A DNA stretch of 64,000 nt from Pecten maximus (lineage: Eukaryota): contig NC_047015.1 of NCBI RefSeq assembly GCF_902652985.1, positions 45,818,001-45,882,000 of the forward strand, given 5' to 3'. Of the stretch, positions 1-10,069 are shown one piece after another. The position numbers were made by a program, and so were the translations under genes. The notes under the pieces were generated by a model. It was not told the DNA's origin and ran no database searches. It saw nothing but the letters and a program-made list of their open reading frames with translations. Numbering within the stretch: the first letter of the stretch is position 1; every line of letters begins with the position of its first letter.

Positions 1-317
1 ACGCCGTCATAGTCGTTTGGATCCCACGTGAGCTGGCTTGTCCAGCTAATGTCCAGTATACCCACAGTAGCCAGGGTTCCGGCCAGCTCGTCAAACTCGG
101 TGATTGCTCTGATGGAATAATCTATGGTGACCACGAGGGTATTGCTAGTGTCATCTGTCGGTATCACATCGTCCTGGTATGACGCTAGAACTGCCGAGTA
201 CCAAGTTCGTACCTGACTGGAGGAAACGTTCAATGTCCCTGCACCGGATACCGTACCGACGAGACTGATCCACACTAATAAAGACAAAAATGGCGTTAAA
301 CTCACACCTTTGTTCAT
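1..317 (-). CDS. Cys-loop ligand-gated ion channel / nicotinic acetylcholine receptor-like subunit, N-terminal part (continues beyond the left edge)
   Basis: Not in the ORF track because its stop lies outside the window. Manual translation from ATG at 317: MNKGVSLTPFLSLLVWISLVGTVSG (signal peptide) ...SYQDDVIPTDDTSNTLVVTIDYSIRAITEFDELAGTLATVGILDISWTSQLTWDPNDYDG. This matches the Cys-loop LBD pattern Y..xP....V.V......DE....L.......W...L.WDP.DY.G. No intron in the visible part. Confidence 0.85.
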   Translation of the reverse strand, partial: MNKGVSLTPFLSLLVWISLVGTVSGAGTLNVSSSQVRTWYSAVLASYQDDVIPTDDTSNTLVVTIDYSIRAITEFDELAGTLATVGILDISWTSQLTWDPNDYDG

Positions 318-927
318 TGTCGGTTAGCTGATCAAAACTGTCCGTTTCAAAACAAAATGTCGTCCATTAAGACAACGTCTCTCCACATGAAGATGGCCTC
401 TGGTGTATGCGCCCTTTGTTTTAATACAAATCGTTCCGTTGAATAGCTTCCTTTTGTGACGTTTGCCGTGTTCTTTTAATATATATATATGTGCGGGTAT
501 GTCTGTAATATGCATAATTGATATTGGCTATACATTTACATATTCTATCCAAAAATTATGCTGATATATATTAATTAAAATAAAAGTGTCTTTGCATTTA
601 AAAAATTTGAAATAGACATAGTGGGTATATATACGAAATGACTCAATACTTCGGACTTTAAAGGATCTTAACTACCTGATAATTACTTGTGTTAGATTTA
701 AAAAGACCATTTCGGTTAGGCTACACGGAGAACCATCCTTACTACATTAACTGACATCTGAAATGTTATTTATATAGCTGATGATGACAGACTTGACAGG
801 TAATGATGCGTATTGAACCAGAACTACTCCAACTGAAAACACGTGCTCTTCTCAAGTGTTATCCTTTAGAAATATTTAAACTTTTCATTCAAAGATACAG
901 AATTTATATTGTTAGTTAGTTTATAAA

Positions 928-981
928 CCCTGGCTGTTAATAGGACGTTAAACAAAAAAACAAAAACAAAAAAAAACAAAA
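928..981 (+). mobile_element. Severely 5'-truncated SINE 3' tail with A-rich end and TSD
   Basis: ccctggctgttaataggacgttaaac + A-rich tail, flanked by direct repeat tagtttataaa (917-927, 982-992). The same tail occurs on the minus-strand SINE at 53540-53737. Confidence 0.7.
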
Positions 982-1373
982 TAGTTTATAAAACTACATC
1001 CTTGAAAACATACTCTAGCTGGGAAATATGAATTAATTCTCTCCACGGTGATCGGTCGATGCTTATTGTAACAATTCGTTATTGTCAGTAGTTAAAGGTA
1101 GACAACTCCCGTAACTGCTCGTAATTTCCAAGCAAAGAAGATTCTACTTAAAACACAAGGTGGGGTTTCGACTTTATGCATACACAATGTTTACTTATTA
1201 ATATATATATATATATATATAAACCTATTAATCCACATAGATAAGGGTTACCCCTCCCTTCATTTAACTTTGTCCCCTCCTAGGTATCAATATATTAGTT
1301 TCCTTATCATTGACTAGTCGCATAGTTAATTTAGTTCCAGAAGTTGACCGTAACCTGAATGTGATATTTGTAT

Positions 1374-1505
1374 CCTCGGTGGCCTAGTGGTTAAGGTGTC
1401 CCGACACATTATCACTAGCCCTCCACCTCTGGGTTGCGACTTCGAAACCTACGTGGGGCAGTTGCCAGGTACTGACCGTAGGCCGGTTGTTTTTCTCCGG
1501 GTACT
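1374..1505 (+). mobile_element. tRNA-derived SINE 5' half (family A), truncated at the hammerhead array
   Basis: A-box-like TGGCCTAGTGG (1380-1390), B-box-like acTTCGAAACC (~1439-1449), then ggcagttgccaggtactgacc...tttctccgggtact. Homologous to the copy at 53540-53737 (-). Confidence 0.8.
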
Positions 1506-2253
1506 CACCGACGAGTTCTAGAAGGACGAAACAGCTGCATGATGTCCCTAACATCACCGACGAGTCCTAGAAGGACGAAACAGCTGTATGATGTCCCTAA
1601 CATCACCGACGAGTCCTAGAAGGACGAAACAGCTCGATTGTGTTCCTAACATCACCGACGAGTCCTAAAAGGACGAAACAGCTGTATGATGTCCCTAACA
1701 TCACCGACGAGTCTTCGACGGACGAAACAGCTGTATGATGTCCCTAATATCACCGACAAGTCCAAGAAGGAAAAAACAGTTGCATGATGTCCCTAACATC
1801 ACCGACGAGTCCTAAAAGGACGAAACAGCTCGATGGTGTTCCTAACATCACCGATGAGTCCTAGAAGGACGAAACAGCTGTATGATGTCCCTAATATCAC
1901 CGACAAGTCCAAGAAGGAAAAAACAGTTGCATGATGTCCCTAACATCACCGACGAGTCCTAAAAGGACGAAACAGCTCGATGGTGTTCCTAACATCACCG
2001 ATGAGTCCTAGAAGGACGAAACAGCTGCATTATGTCCCTAACATCACCAACGAGTCCTAGACGGACGAAAAAGCTGGGTGGTGTTCCTAACATCACCGAC
2101 GAGTCCTAGAAGGACGAAACAGTTGTATGATGTCCCTAATATCACCGACGAGTTCTAGAAGGACGAAAAAGCTTTATTATGTCCCTAGCATCACCGACGG
2201 GTCCAAGAAGGAAAAAACAGCTGGGTGGTGTTCCTAATATCACCGACGGGTCC
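1506..2253 (+). ncRNA. Tandem array of 15 (plus 1 partial) minimal type-I hammerhead ribozyme motifs, 49-bp period
   Basis: Unit: ACATCA-CCGAYGA-GTCC-TAGAA-GGAC-GAA-ACAGCTGT-A-TGATGT-CCCTA. Helix I ACAUCA/UGAUGU; core C3-(U4>C)-G5A6N7G8A9; helix II GUCC/GGAC; GAAA; palindromic helix III ACAG/CUGU; GUA cleavage triplet. Units start at 1506, 1555, 1604 ... 2241. Confidence 0.8.
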
Positions 2254-5200
2254 TCCCCTGTATGCATATTTGATATTCGGGTGGCGACTCTCCCCTGTAT
2301 GTATATTTGATATTTGATATTGGTGTGGCGACCCTCCCCTGTATGTATATTTGATAGTGGTGTGGCGACCCTCCCCTGTATGTATATTTGATATTGGTGT
2401 GGCGACCCTCCCCTGTATGTATATTTGTTATTCGTGTGGCGACCCTCCCCTGTGTGTATATTTGATATTCGTGTGGCGACCCTCCCCTGTATGTATATTT
2501 GATATTCGTGTGACGACTCTCCCCTGTATGTATATTTGATATTCGTGTGGCGACCATCCCCTGTGTGTATATTTGATATCCGTATGGCGACCCTCCCCTG
2601 TATGTATATTTGATATTCGTGTGGCGACCCTCCCCTGTGTGTATATTTGATATTTGTGTGGCGACCATCCCCTGTGTGTATATTTGATATTCGTGTGACG
2701 ACCCTCCCCTGTATGTATATTTGTTATTCGTGTGGCGACCCTCCCCTGTGTGTATATTTGATATTCGTGTGGCGACCCTCCCCTGTATGTATATTTGATA
2801 TTCGTGTGGCGACCCTCCCCTGTATGTATATTTGATATTAGTTGTGGCGACCCTCCCCTGTATGTATATTTGATATTAGTTGTGGCGACCCTCCCCTGTA
2901 TGTATATTTGATATTCGTGTGGCGACCCTCCCCTGTGTGTATATTTGATATTCGTGTGGCGACACTCCCCTGTATGTATATTTGATATTCGTGTGGCGAC
3001 CCTCCCCTGTATGTATATTTGATATTGGTGTGGCGACTCTCCCCTGTGTGTATATTTGATATTCGTGTGGCGACCCTCCCCTGTATGTATATTTGATATT
3101 CGTGTGGCGACCCTCCCCTGTATGTATATTTGATATTCGTATGGCGACCCTCCCCTGTATGTATATTTGATATTCGTGTGGCGACCCTCCCCTGTGTGTA
3201 TATTTGATATTTGTGTGGCGACCCTCCCCTGTATGTATATTTGATATTCGTGTGGCGACCCTCCCCTGTGTGTATATTTGATATTCGTGTGGCGACCCTC
3301 CCCTGTATGTATATTTGATATTCGTGTGGCGACCCTCCCCTGTGTGTATATTTGATATTCGTGTGGCGACCATCCCCTGTGTGTATATTTGATATTCGTT
3401 GTGGCGACCCTCCCCTGTATGTATATTTGATATTCGTGTGGCGACCCTCCCCTGTATGTATATTTGTATATTTGATATTCGTGTGGCGACCCTCCCCTGT
3501 ATGTATATTTGTATATTTGATATTCGTGTGGCGACCCTCCCCTGTATGTATATTTGTATATTTGATATTCGTGTGGCGACCCTCCCCTGTATGTATATTT
3601 GTATATTTGATATTCGTGTGGCGACCCTCCCTTGTATGTATATTTGATATCCGTGTGGTGACTCTCCCCTGTATGTATATTTGATATCCGTGTGGCGACC
3701 CTCCCCTGTATGTATATTTGATATTTGATATCCATGTGGCGACCCTCCCCTGTATGTATATTTGATATTCGTGTGGCGACCCTCCCCTGTATGTATATTT
3801 GATATTCGTGTGGCGACCCTCCCCTGTATGTATATTTGATATTCGTGTGGCGACTCTCCCCTGTATGTATATTTGATATTCGTGTGACGACCCTCTCCTG
3901 TATGTATATTTGATATTCGTGTGGCGACCCTCCCCTGTATGTATATTTGTTATTCGTGTGGCGACCCTCCCCTGTGTGTACATTTGATATTTGTGTGGCG
4001 ACCATCCCCTGTGTGTATATTTGATATTCGTGTGGCGACCCTCCCCTGTATGTATATTTGTATATTTGATATTCGTGTGGCGACCCTCCCCTGTATGTAT
4101 ATTTGATATCCGTGTGGCGACCCTCCCCTGTATGTATATTTGATATCCGTGTGGCGACCCTCCCCTGTATGTATATTTGATATTCGTGTGGCGACTCTCC
4201 CCTGTGTGTATATTTGATATTCGTGTGACGACCCTCTCCTGTATGTATATTTGATATTCGTGTGACGACCCTCTCCTGTATGTATATTTGATATTCGTGT
4301 GGCGACCCTCCCCTGTATGTATATTTGATATTCGTGTGGCGACCCTCCCCTGTATGTATATTTGATATTCGTGTGGCGACCCTCCCCTGTATGTATATTT
4401 GATATTCGTGTGGCGACCCTCCCCTGTATGTATATTTGATATTCGTGCGGCGACTCTCCCCTGTATGTATATTTGTTATTTGATATCCGTGTGGCGACCC
4501 TCCCCTGTATGTATATTTGATATTCGTGTGGCGACCCTCCCCTGTATGTATATTTGTATATTTGATATTCGTGTGGCGACCCTCCCCTGTATGTATATTT
4601 GATATCCGTGTGGCGACCCTCCCCTGTATGTATATTTGATATCCGTGTGGCGACCCTCCCCTGTATGTATATTTGATATTCGTGTGGCGACTCTCCCCTG
4701 TGTGTATATTTGATATTCGTGTGACGACCCTCTCCTGTATGTATATTTGATATTCGTGTGGCGACCCTCCCCTGTATGTATATTTGATATTCGTGTGGCG
4801 ACCCTCCCCTGTATGTATATTTGATATCCGTGTGGCGACCCTCCCCTGTATGTATATTTGATATCCGTGTGGCGACCCTCCCCTGTATGTATATTTGATA
4901 TTCGTGTGGCGACCCTCCCCTGTGTGTATATTTGATATTCGTGTGACGACCCTCTCCTGTATGTATATTTGATATTCGTGTGGCGACCCTCCCCTGTATG
5001 TATATTTGATATTCGTGTGGCGACCCTCCCCTGTATGTATATTTGATATTCGTGTGGCGACCCTCCCCTGTATGTATATTTGATATTCGTGTGGCGACCC
5101 TCCCCTGTATGTATATTTGATATTCGTGCGGCGACTCTCCCCTGTATGTATATTTGTTATTTGATATCCGTGTGGCGACCCTCCCCTGTATGTATATTTG

Positions 5201-5750
5201 ATATTCGTGTGGCGACCCTCCCCTGTATGTATATTTGTATATTTGATATTCGTGTGGCGACCCTCCCCTGTATGTATATTTGATATCCGTGTGGCGACCC
5301 TCCCCTGTATGTATATTTGATATTCGTGTGGCGACTCTCCCCTGTATGTATATTTGATATTCGTGTGGCGACCCTCCCCTGTATGTATATTTGATATTCG
5401 TGTGACGACCCTCTCCTGTATGTATATTTGATATTCGTGTGGCGACCCTCCCCTGTATGTATATTTGATATTCGTGTGGCGACCCTCCCCTGTATGTATA
5501 TTTGATATTCGTGTGGCGACCCTCCCCTGTATGTATATTTGATATTCGTGTGGCGACCCTCCCCTGTATGTATATTTGATATTCGTGCGGCGACTCTCCC
5601 CTGTATGTATATTTGTTATTTGATATCCGTGTGGCGACCCTCCCCTGTATGTATATTTGATATTCGTGTGGCGACCCTCCCCTGTATGTATATTTGATAT
5701 TCGTGTGGCGACCCTCCCCTGTGTGTATATTTATAATTTGATATTCGTGT
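2254..5750. repeat. 37-bp minisatellite (attcgtgtggcgaccctcccctgtatgtatatttgat), ~90 copies, with a 681-bp higher-order duplication
   Basis: Direct reading. Identical ORF-track peptides at 4399 and 5080 mark the 681-bp duplication. Confidence 0.95.
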
Positions 5751-6269
5751 ATTGATAATGGAACAGCTATCCTCGATGTTTGTGTCCGTTCTGTCATTAT
5801 AACACGATGGTTTAGACGTGTTTGGGAGTTCCATACACCTTTGTTACTTGCGTGCTCGCATGCTGGTGTTAATGAAATGGATTATAAAATGGGCGTATTT
5901 TACTTTATCAAATACTAGAGTCACGATTTTTACTTATTCTAAATTTTAATCATTGACACGTTAAAGAAGATTGCCTGTCTGGAGTACTTGGTGATGTTGA
6001 GTTGACGAAGTGCTGAACTACAGTCAATAAACTATCTGCATTATAAAGATGTTATAATATACCTGTCTATCACTAGTATGTCAACGTTTCTATAAAATCC
6101 CTTCGCGACACATTTTTTTGTTTTTTTTTTTTTTTTTGACACATTTTTTTTTTTTTTTTTTGCACTCAGAGCATAGAGCAAAGACTTTTTTTGCATTAGC
6201 AGACTATAAAATTACAAACTTTATTATACAACGAATTTTCATATCTGCTTAGCTTAAACTTGCTTACAC

Positions 6270-6740
6270 TCAATGATTATACATACCACAAACAGAAAGA
6301 CAGATAGACACATAGTCCGACATATACACACAGATGCAAACACTGACAGGTAGACAGACACACACACGCAAATACAACAAACCCACACATACACCCTCAC
6401 CTACAGACTGAGACACACAGGAAGACAGACAGACACATAGCATACACACCGCGACACTCACACGCGCCGACAGACAGACATTTTTTACATACATACCGAT
6501 GCACCGCCACACACAGACTGTTACACACATGCAAAAGACACACACCCTGGCATTCCTACACGCCGACAGACAGACACACTCACAGTCAGAAAGATAGACA
6601 TACACACATAGACACCCACTTACATAGATAGACACCAACAGACATATACGCACAGACACACCCTCTCTTATAACACACCCTCATACCAACAGATACACAC
6701 AAACAGATGCACCACATGCATAGACAAAACACACACTTAC
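6270..6740. repeat. Degenerate CA/GACA microsatellite region within the LINE 3' UTR
   Basis: Low-complexity cacaga/cacaca tract; the C/V-rich ORF 6270-6659 is an artefact of it. Confidence 0.75.
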
Positions 6741-7325
6741 TATATACTTACGTTATATATTTTTTCTCGGAATTATAATCTGCTTTTGCAATCTTTTTTT
6801 TTCTCATCATAGTGCTTCATTTTTTTATTTCAAATTTTACATCAATAATATAATTTGAAAAATCATAATAATAGTCAAATTAATCTACTTTCAATTTTTG
6901 TTCTTATATAATGACTACAATTTATTCCATTTTTTTAAATTATTATTCTGGACATGATACCTTGTCAATTAATTTCATTATATCAACATGTGTAATATAT
7001 AGATAAATGTATATCAACTCTATAATCACATTCGCTACGTTATCGATATAATCGATCAGACTATGCAATGTCTTACTAATTGACATTTTCACATATATAC
7101 ACAGTAAATAATAGGAAGAGGCATATATATATAGTAAAGTGCACATGTCTGTTATGCAAAAGTCCATTACATAGAGTTACAGACAGTGATAATTGCCTCT
7201 TTCGTTTGCAATATAATATATTTTCTATTTTAAACTAATTATACATTATTAGTTGATATTTTCATACATGTGTGATACAATATCAAGGAGAATTATTTTC
7301 CTGTATTTTACAATATAACCAAAGC

Positions 7326-9857
7326 TCATTTTTTAGTTGTCTTCGTACTTGTATTTTCGTTCGTACTGTTTGTCTGACTGTTGTTGTGTTTAATATCATT
7401 TCTTGCCTTCCATATTACCCATTTCACAGTGCATATTATTGTGTTTATCAAAAGAGAAAATGTGTTATTTCCTGGATATCCCAGTATTACATTTTCTTCT
7501 TTATCAAGTATTTCGTTAGTATAACCTGGGACAATATCCCTCATTAGGGTCTCCACAGAGTTCAATATATTTCTAGTGTGTGCACATTTAAAGAATAAGT
7601 GTTGTATGTCTTCATTTTCGGTTTTACAGAAATGACATTTTCCATCAGAATTTCCGAATTTTTTTATTTTCATTTCTGTGTATAATATTTTGTGTACACA
7701 TTTCCATTGAAATTCCTTAATCTTTAAGGCTGTCAATATATTAAAACAGTTTTGCCAAATTTCATTCCATGGGAATTGTTTTTTATATATATTCTCCCAT
7801 TTCATTTGTATTGTTGGCTCAATATTACCATTTATTTTCATTATAAGTGTTTTTAATTTTAGTTTCTTATGTACGATATGTTTATTGTGTTTATCGACAA
7901 TATTTAATGTTGTATCTATTTTTGGATACATAATGACATCATGAATGATTTCTTCTTTTAATATTCTTTTATATCTTTGCGGAATAGCAGACTTCAGTCT
8001 TGCTAATTCAGATATACAATTTCTTTTATCTATAAGTCTCCCATATATATCATGGTCATTCTTGAACGTATCTTGCCCTGAATCCCATAAATCCTCTATG
8101 GTGTATATTCCACTCTTTGTGAAGGAACTAAAGAACATAGGTTTTCTGTTGAAATGTATCATAGGATTGCCAAAAAGTTCTTGTTTTATGACTTCGTTTT
8201 TATCAATTAGTGTATTGGTTTTTAATAATTTGGACCATGCTGTTAAGAGATTTCTGTAAAAGTTTGATATATGCGTCAGCTTTAGCGTACTGGTGTCGGA
8301 GCATTTGCATAAGAAATAGTTTAGTTGGTATTTATCATCTAGCGAATGTAGCCAATATTGTCCTATAGCATTCCATGTGGTAGTGTTTGTTTGCATGATT
8401 TTGTATATCAATTTTATTTGTTTGCTCAATGTGAATAGTGTTATATCCATAATATCCATCCCTCCGTTTGATTGTTCTGAGCAGACTACATTTCGCTTAA
8501 CTAATTCTAATTTCCCATTCCATATAAATTTCCAGATAATTGTATTTAATTCTTTCAAATATTTATCAGGTATGCCACGAGCTTCTATTTCATAGCCAAC
8601 CTTAGATATTATTAACGATCTTATAATAACATTTTTTCCGAATAGTGACAGATTTCTTGTTTTCCATACCTGCACACAACTATTGATCTTTTGGATTTTT
8701 TCTTTCCGTAGTTTATCATCATCTATTATGTGTCCATGATATACTCCTAGCGCTTTTATATTTGTTTGTGTCCAACTGATTGCTCTGTATCTGGGAACAT
8801 TTTGTTTCCATCTTCCAAGATAGATACCGGTAGTTTTATTCAAGTTGACCTTCGATCCTGATGCTTTTTCGTATGTACTTAGAACTTTAAGAGATTCTAT
8901 TATTGATTGTTAATCTTTATTGAATAGTTGTGTATCGTCTGCAAACACATTTAATTTAGCTTCAATGTGACCTGGCAGTACTATTCCGTTGATATCTTTA
9001 TTCTTGCGGATGGAGCATGCTAGAGGTTCCGCTTGTATGATGTATAAAATTGGCGCGATCGGGCAACCCTGCCTCGCGGATCTCGATATATTAAAATATT
9101 CCGAGATAAAACCATTTGTTTTTATGCATTTTTTGCATCTACTAATAACATTTGCACCCATCCTCTAAATATTTTTCCGAAATTTAACCGTTCAAGACAT
9201 TTATCTATACCCATCCCCATTCCACCCTATCAAAAGCTTTTTGTTGGTCTAAGAAAATAACTGCTCACTCCTTATTTTCCATATCGGTATATTCAAATAT
9301 GTCTTGTATTAGCCTATTTGCATCCGCAATATTTCTTCCCGGTACAAATCCTTTCTGGTCCGGATGAATAATGCCTGGGAGTATTTTTTTTAATTCTATT
9401 TGCGAAAAATTTCGCTATTATTTTATAGTCAACATTTAAAAGCGTCAGCGGTCTCCAATTTTTTATATCCTCACGCTCTCCGTTTTTGTACAACAATGTT
9501 AAAATACCCTTTGCCTGCGATTCTGCTAACTTATTTGTTCTACATATTTCATTTACAAGTTCTAAAAATTCATTCTTAATGACATACCAATAAATTTGAT
9601 AAAACTCGGCTACAATGCCATCCTCCCCAGGAGACTTGTTCTTTTTTCATATCTTGGATACTTTAAATACTTCCGCCTCACTTAATTAAGTTTCCATATA
9701 TATACTTCATTTGTTATACGCGTTTCCATATTGGATAGTAAAATATGTGCTGCTTCTCTGTCCCACCCTTCGGAGCTAAATAATGTTTTGTAAAATTGCA
9801 CTTGCTCCTGTTGTATGGATTTTATGTCATTTTTATATTCCCCTTCTGAAGTTTTGA
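7326..9857 (-). pseudogene. Disrupted LINE ORF2 (reverse transcriptase, zf-RVT)
   Basis: Four ORF fragments in different frames, each carrying non-LTR ORF2 motifs. Confidence 0.85.
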
Positions 9858-10069
9858 TTCGCGACACATTTTAGTACTCTTTTATAAGATAAAATGAAAC
9901 ACAATTCCATAATTTGGAAATGGAAATGTTACATTTTGACAAGCATTAAGATGTTATCGGACGACATAGTAACTTACATGTTACGAGTTAACGGTAGAAC
10001 CCCTAACTGCACAGCAATTGACATGTTCTCACTGCCATATACCTGAAACACGTACCCGGGTCTTGTTTC

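Larger units (their letters stand above)
6117..9857 (-). mobile_element. 5'-truncated, frameshifted Tx1/L1-clade LINE (ORF2 RT + C-terminal zinc finger, long 3' UTR, poly-A tail, 15-bp TSD)
   Basis: RT motifs in fragments: NWRPLTLLNVDYKI (9314-9496), RSARQGCPIAP and FADD (8910-9161); C-terminal CHFC..EDIQHLFFKC (7326-8843). T-runs at 6113-6161 are the poly-A on the minus strand. TSD TTCGCGACACATTTT at 6102-6116 and 9858-9872. Confidence 0.88.

Noticed and set aside
1374-1455. Possible tRNA gene (also 38720-38800 and 53660-53737)
   Set aside because: A/B boxes are present but there is no proper cloverleaf, and each continues into a shared SINE body.
1506-2253. CRISPR-like appearance of short regular repeats (here and in other arrays)
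   Set aside because: No unique spacers, no cas genes, eukaryotic context.
2240-5834. Long ORFs up to 615 aa (RGGSPHEYQIY repeats)
   Set aside because: Translations of the 37-bp minisatellite, open in several frames at once; no domain or splice context.
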